DNA from: the human T2T-CHM13v2.0 reference genome, Homo sapiens
NCBI RefSeq assembly: GCF_009914755.1
Contig: NC_060926.1
Length of the DNA stretch: 64,000 bases
Strand: one strand, 5' to 3'
The first letter of the stretch is position 1; every line of letters begins with the position of its first letter. Position numbers and translations under genes: made by a program. Below are positions 49,136-63,180 of this stretch, one piece after another. The notes under the pieces were generated by a model. It saw only the letters and a program-made list of their open reading frames with translations, made no database searches and was not told the DNA's origin.

Positions 49136-49234
49136 GAATTGCTTGAACCTGGGAGGTGGAGGTTGCAGTGAGCCGAGATCGCACCACTGCACCCCAGCCT
49201 GGGTGACAGAGCGAGACTCTGTCTCAACAACAAC
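49136..49234 (+). mobile_element. 5'-truncated AluS (about 100 bp)
   Basis: TSD gaaaaattactcctccatt (49117-49135) / gaaaaattcttcctccatt (49235-49253). Confidence 0.92.
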
Positions 49235-50900
49235 GAAAAATTCTTCCTCCATTAATTCTCCTCTATACGTCAGTTTGCATGATTTCCATGGCTATGTCTT
49301 TTAAGTTCTCCAATCTTATTTTCTATAGTTGCTAATTTCTACTAATACAATTCAGTGTAATTTTCATTTTAGATATTACATTTTTGTTATTAGAAGTTCC
49401 ATTTGATTCCTTTTTGTATAACTTCTATTACTCTCATTTTATTACCTTTAAATATTGAATATATTGAGCATGTGTGTATGAGCATATAAGCATTTTTAAA
49501 GCATTTGCCTTCTAATTCTGTCACTTCTGTCATGTTTGGATGTTTATATGGACTGATTTTCTTCCATGTTATGGATCACATTTTCCTGTTTCTTGGCATA
49601 TCTAGCAAATTTTTTATTGAATACTGGATATTGTGAATGTTACTGTTGAATATCAGTACTTTGTTAAATTTCCTTAAGGAGGGTTGGGCTTTGTTATTGC
49701 AAACAATTAAGTTACTCCCGGATCAGTGTGAAATTTTAAAGTTTACTGGTATGCACTTTTATGCAGAGATCAGAATTATCTTTTATGTAGAGGCCCAAAA
49801 CTATACTATTAGGTCCAGGACTAATGCTGCTTTAGACCCATGACTAGCCTCTCATTGCTGTCTCTGCTGTATGCTTCAGTTCAGTGGGGCCTTCACCTTC
49901 TTACAGGTTGTAATTTGAACATCCCCACCCCCATCTCTTCATCTGAGTTCTGGCAATTGTGCTTAGCTTCTGTGCCCTCACAATTTGATGGTTTGTTTGT
50001 TTGATTGTTTGTCTGACCTCATGGACTTTTCGCCCTATACATTAATAGCTTAGTATTCAGCCAAAGCCTCAAAAGAATCTCAATGCAAGGTTATTCTTCC
50101 CAAAACTCTTTTTCATTTCCAAACTGCTTCCTAGCAAATTTCAGTTATTTCGTCCCCAAACTCCAGTCGTTGTCTTCTTACCAGTATTGCTATGCTTTGC
50201 CTGGGTTCACCCTTTCTTGCACTGCAGTGTTACAAAGTACTTCTAGGAGATTGCTGGGTTTACACTTCATTTGTTGGTCTTCTCTCATGGATCACTTTCC
50301 TGCACTCCCTGCTGTATGGTATTTAAAAACAGTTGTTTCATTTATTTTGTACAGTATTCTAGATGTTTATGGTTGAGATCAAGTCTGGTACTAGCTACTA
50401 TACTGTGGCCGGTAGTGGCTACCTCAACATTTTTTGAAATATATTTTTGCTGAGTACTGAAGTGTGCATTGGCAGTTTTGTTCTCTTTTGGAATTTTATA
50501 CATTTCATTCTGTTGTCCTCTGGCCTTCATCATTTTTATACGAAGTCAGCCACAATTCTTACTGTTTTTCCCATGAATGTGTCCTTGTTCTCTGGCTGTT
50601 TGTAAGACTTTTTTCTTTAATATTGGCAATCTGACCATTATGTGCCTAGGTATAGTTTTCTTTAAGTTTATCCTGTGTGGGCTGCTGAGCTTCCAGAATC
50701 TGTGGATTGATGCATTTCTTCAGATACAGAAAATTCTCAAGCATTCTCAAGTACAAAATTCTTTAAGTACTGCTTTGTATCATTCTCTTTCTCTCTTCTC
50801 CTTCTGGGACTCCAAATATATCCATTTAAAACCTTTCAACTGTGTTCCACCTATCTCATATGCTCTTTTCCATTCTTAACATCAAAAATAAAATTTTTAG

Positions 50901-51016
50901 TGCTGGACATGGTGGTGCACACCTGTAATCCCAACTACTTGGAAAGCTAAGGTGGAGGATCCTGTGAGCCCAGGAATTTAAGTCCAGCCTGAGCAACATA
51001 GTGAGACTCAAATCTC
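50901..51016 (+). mobile_element. FLAM-type Alu monomer
   Basis: Single left-type arm ending ccagcctgagcaacatagtgagac. Confidence 0.8.
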
Positions 51017-51198
51017 TTTTATCACTCTGTGTGTTTCAGTTTGGGTGCTTTCTACAGACCCATATCTGAGTTCACTAATCTTGAATTCTGCTTTGTTAAG
51101 TCTGTTTTTAAACCCACTCAATACATTTTTAAAAATTCATGTAATGAGCTGTTATTATAGATTTTATATTTTGCTATTCTAGAATACATATTTCATTC

Positions 51199-51570
51199 TT
51201 TTTTTAAAAATCTTGATTTATAATTTAAAGGCTGTGCAGGTCCTGGTTCCTCATTTCTGTTGCTCACAGGCCCGCTGCTCTGGAGTCAGGGTTTTCTGTT
51301 CAAAGGCATGGATACACAAGAGATTTTCAGCTGGGCATGCATTCATCAGCTGGTAACCCTGAAGCAGTGGCTTACCCTTGGCCTTGGTCAACATACCAGG
51401 ACTAAGAAGCTGGATGTGCAACAGCTGAGCTTTACATCTTCTACCTCCATGCCTCTGGGTCCTGTTGCAACTTCCCCTGGTGGCATTCAGTGCTAAGTTC
51501 CATAATGGCAGTCCAGCTTGGGCAGCAGCCCAGTGAGGATTGAACCCCAGCTCAGACCCTGGCCATACTC
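51199..51570 (-). pseudogene. Processed pseudogene (retrocopy) of BOLA2 (BolA-like protein 2)
   Basis: Minus strand from ATG (51503) to TGA (51251) gives MELSTECHQGKLQQDPE/(frameshift)EVEDVKLSCCTSSFLVL/(frameshift)LTKAKGKPLLQGYQLMNACPAENLLCIHAFEQKTLTPEQRACEQQK*. This is colinear with BOLA2 (MELSAEYLREKLQRDLE...IHAFEQKTLTPDQWARERQK). It is intronless, with a short 3'UTR, an A7 tail and a degenerate TSD catatttcattctt (51187-51200) / cacatctgattctt (51571-51584). Confidence 0.93.
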
Positions 51571-52211
51571 CACATCTGATTCTTAATCTCTATTCAAATA
51601 ATTCATCTTTGATACAATTTGTCTATTCTTTCCCCTGTTTTCTTTAACATGTTAATCATAGCTATTTTGAAGTCTTTGCTAACATCAATATCCGGATCAG
51701 CTCATGATCTGCTTCTACTGACTATTTAAACCTTTGATTTTAGGTCAGTTTTCTCCACTTACTAGCACCTTAGAAAATTTTGTTTTGTGTGGCATACATT
51801 GCAGATAAAGTGGTATAGAGAGACTAGATTATCTTATCAGCCCCAGCAGAGTTTTGAGTTTTGTTCTAGCAGACAGTTAAATTATTGATGGATTATCTTG
51901 ATTTTGTCAGGCTTGTTTTTAAACTTTATTACAATGGGTCCACATTAGTTTTGCCCTTACTCTGAAAGGACCTTATACTTAATCCCTGTGTATGACCTCA
52001 TTGATATTTTAACTGAAAGCACAAAGTGCTCATCTGCTCTCTCTGTGGGCCCAATTCTCAATGTCTCTGCTACGTAATTTCTAGAATATTTGCTCAGCAA
52101 TCAGTATGCTAGCAGCTGCTGTCTTCAAAGCCCCCAGAGTGTGCCCTATGCACCTGCAGCTTACAGCTTAGAAATGAGTCAAGGAAAAAGGGGAACTTAA
52201 TGAAGGTTTGG

Positions 52212-52534
52212 TTTTTTTGTTTGTTTGTTTGTTTTTGGGGTTCTTTTTTTTTTTGAGACAAAGTCTCACTCTGTAACCAGGCTGGAGTGCAGTGGCATGA
52301 TCTCAGCTCACTGCAGCCTCTACCTCCCAGTTCAAGCAATTCTCCTGCCTCAGCCTCCCAAGTAGCTGGGACTACAGGCGCATACCACCACGCCCAGCTA
52401 ATTTTTGTATTTTTTTAGTAGTGATGGGGTTTCACCATATTGGCCAGGCTGGTCTCGAACTCCTGACCTCGTGATCCACCCACCTTGGCCTCTCAAAGTG
52501 CTGGGATTACAGGCGTGAGTCACCATGTCTGGCC
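52212..52534 (-). mobile_element. AluS (Sg-like) with (GTTT)n tail
   Basis: Antisense body with ctcctgacctcgtgatcc. Confidence 0.93.
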
Positions 52535-54814
52535 AAAGATTTTTTTAGGGGAGTTTCTTCTCCATCTTTTCTCTCCTCTTTGGTATCCTGCTTATCTAAA
52601 TCCTATACTTACAGACATCCAAAACATTGATCCCTTCTTTCACTTAGCAATAGTGTAATTTTATATTTTCTCCAGGTTTTTATGGTTGTTTATGATTAGA
52701 GGATAAAACTGATACCATGGTATCACAATTAGAAACCAAAATGAATCTTTTTAATTTACTAAATTTATATGAAACCAGAAGAAAACTATAATAGATATTT
52801 AAAGAATTTCTTTCTGGTCAAGAATCTTCTAAGCTTTAGTCTTGATTTCCATTGTCATCTAGGCAAACATTTTTGCTTTATTTACAAAATGCTTATATAT
52901 GTGTGTCTTTTGAACCCAAATTTACAGTAAAGGATAAAGGGTGTAGCCATTAATCAGTGCATGCCCAATTCAAAACAACAATAACACCACCAACAAACAC
53001 CTAATGTGTTCTACTGGCAAGGACTAATAATAGTGTCAGAGCAAAAGCAAAGAAAAAATATATATAAAGATAAATAGAAAAATTACAGATGTGTGGTTTA
53101 ATAAAAACCAATATACACTTTAAATGTGATGCTCTAGAACACTGACTTTAACCTTTGTCTCAATTTCCTTATCTGCCAAACAGAATTATTATAATAGCTA
53201 AATAAAAATAAATCTTATGTAGCATTTTTAATACAGTACCTGGATTATATGTTAAGTACTTAGTCAATATCTTCTGATTTATTACAACTTTTATTCCTAT
53301 GATCCTATATAGTAAATAATTGAAAATGACATTAGGTATATTTGCTTAAAATGTAAGTATTTTATGAATGCATCATATTTTACAAAGTATATCTTTTATA
53401 GTCATATGATTTTGTTTTTTTATTCTAATAATTCTGTATGTGCAAAAAAGTGGAAAATGTATTTCCTGTTCTGAAGCAAATCAAGGAGAACAGACAATTA
53501 AGTGCTAAATTGAGCATAATATTATGAGGGCACAATACTCAGAGAAGGTTTCAGAAAAGTGGTGGGGCTTGCTGGGTGACCCTCATTACATCCCAACAAC
53601 AATGACATGGGAATTTTTTTAAGTGGCTTAAAAATTGAAATGGAGGTAATATAAAGTATCCTAAAAATAACAAATATTACTACTGTATAAACCTCCATAG
53701 AATGAGAATTACTCATAATGGAAAATAAAAATTCTTCCTTTCTCTTTCCTCAACTCCTGTTCAGGTTAAAGGTTAACTTTATCAAGTCATCTCATTAACA
53801 AAGACATGTCTTTGAAATTATTCAGTCTTTGCTATGCTTAATGTTTCACCAGACTACAACCAAGATGTCAAAGAATCTGATTCAAATATTAATGAGCAAA
53901 AGGTCATGATGAAATAATCTACAAAGCCCTATTAGTTCCTGTTTTCTGACCCTATCCAATTCCCATTGCCCTTTTTCCAGTCCTCTCTTACTACACACAT
54001 TTACAGTCACTGGCTTGGTTTCAAGACACACCCTCTCAACTGTAATTTCACTTAAAGTGCATTTTAAGTGGAGCCCTCCCAGATGCCAGATCCCCAATCC
54101 AAGGATGATCTGTAGAGGTATAAAGTTAAAATTGAAAGGAAGAAAGGGAATCAACCAAAAACTAAATCCAATTTTGATGCTTAACTACTAGAACAAAAAA
54201 GAGAAAAGAAAAAAAGGAAAAATAAAAAAGAAACTTTGTCTTTCAAACTTTCCAATAAGCCATTTAATAATGTGACAAAGCAAGAGTATTAAAATATTAA
54301 CTAAAGCTTCCAGGAAAACCTCTATAATCTCAATTGTTTATTCAAGACCTTTACAAACCTCATAAAAAATTAAGTGGGCTTGGAAAAAACACACCACAGC
54401 CATAGGAGAAAGTTTACAAAATACAATGGTAGACGCCTGACTGTCTGCCAGCCAGTCTCTTTTAACTTCCACATACAACTTATTACTCAGTTCCTAACTG
54501 GTCAATACCCTAAATAAGAGCATTTCTCCTCCCAAACACCTCATTAGCCCTAGTTTCTTTTTTGCTTTTTTGAGCTAAAGTATCCTGTAGGTGCTTTGGT
54601 CATTATTTTCTGCCAATAACAAATGCTTCATTTCAGAATATTTAAAACCTTAGGCTTCTCTGAGGGAAATCATTTAAGATATGCTTTACAAGAACTTAAT
54701 AAGCTCTTTAATTAACCTCAATATGGGAGAATGGTGCATGAACCAACACATCCATATTATGGGAAATGGTAGTAAAAACAAGATAGGACTAAAAAGGAAG
54801 TGATATGGAGAGAA

Positions 54815-55048
54815 ATAGCAAAGATTTGGGTTCATATTAACTTAGGGTCAAATCTTCACACTTTTAGTTATGTGACCTTTGGGACAGTTATTTAATCTTG
54901 GTTAGACTGATCTTCCTCAGTAGTGAAATGCAGATAACGTCACCAACCTAATAGAGACTGTTTGCAACAAATGAGATAATATAATATACAGCCCTGTACA
55001 GTGTATGGCACATAATTGGGGCTCAATGAATAATAGATACCTTATTAT
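54815..55048 (+). mobile_element. MIR (near full length)
   Basis: tagttatgtgacctttgg...aaatgagataat...tggcacata...gctcaatgaat. Confidence 0.78.
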
Positions 55049-56199
55049 AAAATATTCCCATCATGTTGAGAAGTATTGTCCATAGGTTAAGGGAAATTTA
55101 AAAGGAAATTTTATATGGGTGTCCCAGATAGAATTAAATATTCCACATTTCTTGAAAACTGATTATAGTAAAATTTAACATAAAATTTTAATATGAACTA
55201 GACTAACAATCAACTTTCATACACCTAGAAATCCACTGAGTTAATCACGTTGTAGAGAAGAGAACATGAAATGTAAATATTTCACTCAGTTTGAGAGGAT
55301 ACTCTTAAATAATTTATATCTTTTTGAAAAATGCCATGTATTCTCCCCACTCTCTTCTTCACTGCTTCTGAATGGCCCAAAAAGGAGCTGTAAAAGAGGA
55401 AACTTCATCACAGTGCATCTGTGTGAAAGCACCAAAATATGTTAACAATTAGAGAAGAGGAAACCTGAAAGACTGCCTTGTTAATTAAGGAACTTGCTAT
55501 CAAAGAACTCATTAAAAGGTAATGAAACCAAATGGCTATTAAAATAAATATCCACTGAAAAAAATTTGCCTGGCTAACAGCCCCTCAATTTAGCTTCTTC
55601 TAAATATTCCTAAACAGCATAGAGCCAGAAAAAGAAGAGAAGCCACAACAATGCTAAAATAAAGATTAATGAAATCACAAGTGATCCTAAGCAAAAGACA
55701 AAAGGTGAATTGAGAAAAACCTACTTAGGACTCAGAATATGGGACATCAAACATCTATCCCCTGTTCTCGGAGTTCCTGGATAAAGTGTTACAGAGAACC
55801 AGGATCTATAGTTTGCTACTCCTAGCCATTATGTTAGAATATGGTTTCCCTTATTCCTAGTGACTCCATCACCTACTCTGCTACTCAGCCTCTTTCCTAT
55901 GTAAACATGTAGAAGTAAAAGGTAAAAAAAACCCTGCCAAATTGTGTTATTGAAGACAAATAGTCCCTTGAGCAAAGCAAAGTAAGAACAAGAAATAAGA
56001 ATCTTTGTAATAACAGGTGATGCTAGATATTTATTATTTACATTGTACTCAACAAATTCAGAAAATTTTCAGAGTTCCAGACATTGGCGACTGGGAGAAG
56101 ATGCGAACTCTACTGAAAAAAAAAAAACATATTTTCAAAATATGTTGCCTTTTTACTCATTATCTATGTTCTCCCTTATACCCCAATAATAATAATCCA

Positions 56200-56888
<689 letters not shown>

Positions 56889-57575
56889 AGTATGTGAAAT
56901 TCAGTAGAATCTGAAATCATATGAGAGATGTGCACATCATTAGCAGATAAATGATGTGAATATAAAGGATGAGAAAGCCATCAAATGGGGCTGAATAAAA
57001 TGATCAAGGGCTATCTACTCAACTTGTTTGTTCAAAGTATACAATCTGTAAAGATCCCACCATATCTGAGGTAGAGAAAGGAGGGAAATAAGATACTAGC
57101 ATGGGGCACAAGAAAAAAATACTGCAAAACAAAGGAAAGGGTATAGCATTTGTAATGGTTAATTTTATGTGTCAAATTGATTGAGCCACCAGGTGCTCAA
57201 ATATTTGGTCAAACATGATTCTATAAGGGTGTCTTTGGATGAGATTAACATTTGAATCAGTAGACTTGAATAAAGTACACTGCCCTTTCTGATGTGAACC
57301 TCATCAAATTAACTGAATGCCTGACTACAACAAAAAGCCAGACCATCTTGCAGTTAAGTCAGAACTTTTCCTAACAGCCTTGAGTTGAAACATCAGTCTT
57401 TTCTGGCCTTTGGACCCAACTAAAGCATCAGCTCTTCGTGGGTTTCAAGCCTGCCAGTATTCAGAATGGAGGTCAAACCATAGGCTCTTCTGGTACTCAG
57501 GCATTCAGACACAAACTGAACCTACACATTGACTCACCTGGCTCTCCAGATTGCCAATTTCAAATCTCTCTCTCA

Positions 57576-57944
<369 letters not shown>

Positions 57945-60274
57945 TTACTACAGCATTTGAAAGAGAGAATAAGCAAGTCTTAACAAATTATATATTGAAT
58001 GATTGAAAGGAAAAGTTCAAGAAACTCTTTGGTATCTAGAGTATAAAATAAACTGTTTTCAATGTAAGAAAAACATAAAACAATAAAAAGAAAATAGTAA
58101 ATCCTCCCTAATTCATTCTATGAAGCCAGTATCACCCTGATACCAAAGCCAGGCAGTGAAAAAGAAAAAAAAAAAAAAGAAAAAAATTATAAGCCAATAT
58201 CCCTGATTAACATATCAACTATGTATGAGCATATGATCCAGCAACACATCAAAAATATAATATAGCACAATCCAGTGTGTTTTATTCCAAAGATGCAAAG
58301 ACAATTCAATATATGCAAATCAGTAAATGTGATTTGAAAAAGCATTTGATAAAATTCAGCATCCCTTCATGATAAAAAACATTCAACAACTAGGCAGAGA
58401 AGAAACATACCTCAAAATAATAAAAGCAATATACAACAAACCCACAGCCAACATCATACTGAACAGGGAAATGTTGAAAGCATTCTCCCTAAAAACTGAC
58501 ACAATATAAGGATGCCTACTTTCACCACTCCTATTCAACACAGTACTGGAAGTCTTAACTAGAGTAACCAGGCAAGAGGAAGAAATAAAAAGTATCCAAA
58601 CAGGCAAAGAAGAAGTCAAACTATCTCACTAAAAGTATCCAAATAGACAAAGAAGGAGTCAAACTATCTCTCCTTGCTGATGATATGATTCTATACCCTA
58701 AAGACAATACCAAACGATTCTGGGATTTGACAAATAACTTTAGTAAAGTTTCAAGATACAAAATCAATGTACAAAAATCAGTAGCATTTCCATACACCAA
58801 TAATAATCAAGCTGAGAACCAAATTAATAACTCAATCACATTTACAACAGCTACAAAATTATAAAATACCCAGAAATACATTTAACCCAGTTGGTAAAAG
58901 ATTGCTACAAGGAAAACCAAAAAACCTTGTGTCATAGATGACACAACCAAATGGAAAAACATTCCATGTTCATGGACTGGAAGAATCAATATTATTAAAA
59001 TAACCATACTGCCCAAAGCAATCTACAGATTCAATGCAATTTCTATCAAAATGCCAATGTGATTTTTCACAGTAATAGAAAAACCAATCCTAAAATTCAT
59101 ATGGAACCTAAAAAGAACACAAATAGCCAAAGCAATGTTAAGTAAAAAGAACAAAACTGAAGGAAACACATTATCTCACTTCAAGTTACACTACAAAGCT
59201 ATAGTAATCAAAACAGCATGGTACTGGTATAAAAATAGCCACAAGGATCAATGGAAAAGAAGAGAGAACACAGAAATAAAGTCACATATCTATAACCAAC
59301 TGATCTTCAACAAACTCAACAAAAATATACACTGTAGAAAGTACCCCTATTCAGTAAACAGTTTTGGGAAAATTGGATAGCCATATGCAGAATAATGAAA
59401 CTGGACATATATCTCTCACTATATACAAACATTAACTTAAGATGGATTAAAGACCTAAATGCAAGACCTGAAACCACAAAAATCATAAAACAAATTGTAA
59501 GAAAAACTCTTCCAGACATTGGCCTGGGGAAACAATTTATGACTAAGATCTCAAAAGCAAATAGAACAAAAATGAAAATAGAGAAATAGAAAAATGGAAC
59601 TTAATTAAACTAGAAAGCATCTGCACAGTGAAAGAAATAATCAACAGAATAAACAGACAAAATACAGAATGGGAGAAAATGTTTGCAAGCTATGCATCTG
59701 ACAAAGGACAAATATCCAGAAGCTATAAGAAAGTCAAACAAATCAACAAGAAAAAAATAAATAACCCCATTAAAAAATCGGCAAAGGACATGAGCAGACA
59801 ATTCTCAAAAAAAGACATACGCAGCCAAAAAAAAAAAAGAAAAAATGCTCAACATCACTAATTATCAGAGAAAAATAAATTAAAACCACGATGACATACC
59901 ATCTTATACCAGTCAAAATAACTATTATTAAAAAGCCAAAAAAACAACAGATACTGGTGACAATGTGGAGAAAAGGGAATGCTTATACACTGTAGGTTGG
60001 AATGTAAATTAATATAGCCTATATAAAAGACAGCATAAAAATTTCTCAGAAAACTAAAAAAGAACTAAAATTTGACCCAGCAATCCCACTACTGGGTATC
60101 TACTCAAAGGAAAAGAAATCACTACACCAAAAAGATACCTACGTTCATATATTTATCACAGCACTATTCATAATAGCAAAGATAAGGAATCAACCTAAGT
60201 GTCCATCAACAGAAGGTTGGACAAAGAAATGTTATATATATATATAGATAAATATAGATACAACATTTATGTTA

Positions 60275-60766
<492 letters not shown>

Positions 60767-60799
60767 TCAGAAACAGAAAGTTTCTGTTAAAAAATAAAA

Positions 60800-62400
60800 A
60801 GAATCAGATACCCAGAAACATTATAGCATAAATACAAAAAATTAAAGACAAAACTAAAATTATAAAAACAGCTAGAGAAAAAAAATTATAGCATCAATAA
60901 TATTGACAGTTGACTTTTCAACAGAAATGACAAATGCAAGAAGATAATGAGATTGCTGACATAAGATTTTTTTTAAAATCCTTCAAAAATGAAGAAAAAA
61001 TAATTTTTTAGACAAAAAAATGGCCTCATAGAATGAGTTAGGAAGCATTTCCTCTTACTATTAGCAAAATTTTAAGAATTTGTGTTAATTATTTTTTAAA
61101 TGTTTGGTAGAATTCTCCACTGAAACCATCTAGTCTTGGACTTTTCTTTACCAGGAGGCTTTTGATTACAAAATCTCTCCCTTCTCTCATTATAGGTCTG
61201 TTAAGATTTTGTATTTATTCTTGAGTCAGTTTAGGTAACGTGCATGTTTCTAGGAATTTGTCGATTTCATCTAGGTTATCTTTACATAGTTGTCACAAAT
61301 TACATTTTATACATTTGTCCTTAATAAAATGTTTACAATTATATTTAAGCATTTGTCTATTAAATCATGTAGAAATAAAATGAGGAATTGTAACCAAAAA
61401 TATAACACTGATTTTTATATTTTCCCATGAATTCACTTTTGCCAAAAATTTTTATTTCTTCATATGGCCTTCAGTTACTACTTTCCTTTCATTTTACCAT
61501 AAAAGAATCTGTCAGCATTTCTTGTAGGGCTTGTCTAGTTGTAACAAATTCCCTCAGATTTTGTTTACCTAGAAATGTGTTAAATTCTACATTATTTTTG
61601 AGGAAACATTTTGCCAGACATAGAATTCCTGGGCTTTCTCAGATAGTTTCTGTCAATGTATTTTGCTACTTCGAATAGGCCATACTTTCCTGTTTTGTTG
61701 TATATTGTGTGATTTTTGTGTTGAAAACTAGATACTTGAATAATATAAGGCAGTAACTCTGGAACTCAGATCCCCCTTTCAATGGGGTTTGCTTTTTTTA
61801 ATTGTTGAGGCTATACTAGCCTGTTTTTTAGTGATATTTTCCATTATTTTTGCAAAGACTATATTCCATCATGGATGATCATACAGTCTCTGTTCTTTCA
61901 GCTCATGTAGAGCTGAAGTTTTGAGGGAGATTTCCTTGAATAGCAGGAGCAACAACAAAAAACAAACCCAATAAAAATTTTAAAAACCAAGACCAAAAAA
62001 CCAAAAACAACAAAACACAAGTCGCAGTCATTGCAAATTGGATCTCTGTTGGGAGATTTCAAAATTTATACAGGCTTGCACTGAGCCCAGAGATTTACCT
62101 CAGGTGAAAGATTAGGGTCTATTTAAGTCTTTTCTGAGTGTATTGCACTTAGCATGCACATGGCTTTATAAATTTACCAAGCTTTTCTTCTTGGGGTTTA
62201 GACAGTCTATTGTATGTCTGCATTGTAATTTTTTGTTCCACACACCTGTAACTTTTTATTTCACTTTATAACATTTTGAAACACTGCTCATCACTTTTCT
62301 GGTCTGAGTTTTAAGTTCCACAAAACAAAGGCAAGTGTCTTCACTGAAGTGGCTCTAAATAAGTCAGAACAGACATACACAATAATTTGTGCATAAAACA
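60800..62400. mobile_element. Mosaic of old L1M fragments (sense ORF1 piece, then antisense ORF2/ORF1 pieces)
   Basis: acagttgacttttcaacagaaa (sense ORF1); aatgtttggtagaattctcc and taacaaattccctcag (antisense). Confidence 0.65.
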
Positions 62401-62407
62401 TACTCTA

Positions 62408-62725
62408 GGGCCCAGTGTGGTGGCTCATACCTATAATCACAGTGCTTTGGCAGGCCAAGGTGGTAAGATTGCTTGAGGCTAGGAGTTTGAGATCAGCCTG
62501 GGAAACATAGTGAGACCTCATCTCTACAAAAATAAAAATAAAAAATAAAAAATAACCCAGGCATGGTGGTGCATGCCTGTAGTCCTAGATAAGAGACTGA
62601 GGTGGGAGGATGGCTTGAGACCAGGAGTTCAAGGCCACAGTGAGCTATGATTGTGCCACTGTACTGCCCACTACAGTCCAGCCTGGGCAAAAGAGCAAGA
62701 CCCTGTCCTTAAAAAAGTAAAAAAC
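62408..62725 (+). mobile_element. AluJ
   Basis: gattgcttgaggctaggagtttgag, ggagttcaaggccacagtgagctatgattg. Confidence 0.9.
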
Positions 62726-62997
62726 TTAAAAATAGAGCCAAGATGGCCAAATAGGAACAGCTCCAGTCTACAGCTCCCAGCGTGAGCGACGCATAAGACT
62801 GGTGATTTCTGCATTTCCAACTGAGGTACCGGGTTCATCTCAGTGGGGGGTGTCAGACAGAGGGTGCAGGACAGTGGGTGCAGTACACCGAGCATGACCC
62901 GAAGCAGGGCAAGGCATCGCCTCACCCAGGAAGTGCAAGGGGTCAGGGAATTCCCTTTCCCAGTCAAAGAAAGGGGTGACAGACGGCACCTGGAAAA

Positions 62998-63180
62998 TCA
63001 GGTCACTCCCACCCTAATACTGCGATTTTCCAAGGGTCTTAGCAAACGGCACACCAGGAGATTATATCCTGCTCCTAGCTCGGAAGGTCCTATGCCCCTG
63101 GAGCCTTGCTCATTGCTAGCACAGCAGTCTGAGATCAAACTGCAAGGCAGCGGGGAGGCTGGGGGAGGGGCGCCCACCAT
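62998..63180 (-). other. L1 ORF0 homologue (60 aa) downstream of the L1 antisense promoter
   Basis: MVGAPPPASPLPCSLISDCCASNEQGSRGIGPSELGAGYNLLVCRLLRPLENRSIRVGVT*, ATG in gcaATGG context; similar to primate L1 ORF0 but ends a few codons early. Confidence 0.8.

Larger units (their letters stand above)
46030..52740 (-). mobile_element. Long tract of old antisense L1M fragments (ORF2, ORF1, 5' parts; at least two elements)
   Basis: Track ORFs 46791-47036 and 47126-47551 contain L1 ORF2 linker words (KEIINIRAEINEI, KYFELKKNENTTYHNLWDA); ORF1-like blocks near 48700 and 50450. Confidence 0.75.

Noticed and set aside
46756-50879. Many hydrophobic F/L/I-rich ORFs resembling membrane proteins
   Set aside because: Expected from the T-rich antisense strand of decayed L1.
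51260-51496. 78-aa plus-strand ORF
   Set aside because: Antisense shadow of the minus-strand BOLA2 retrocopy; no independent support.
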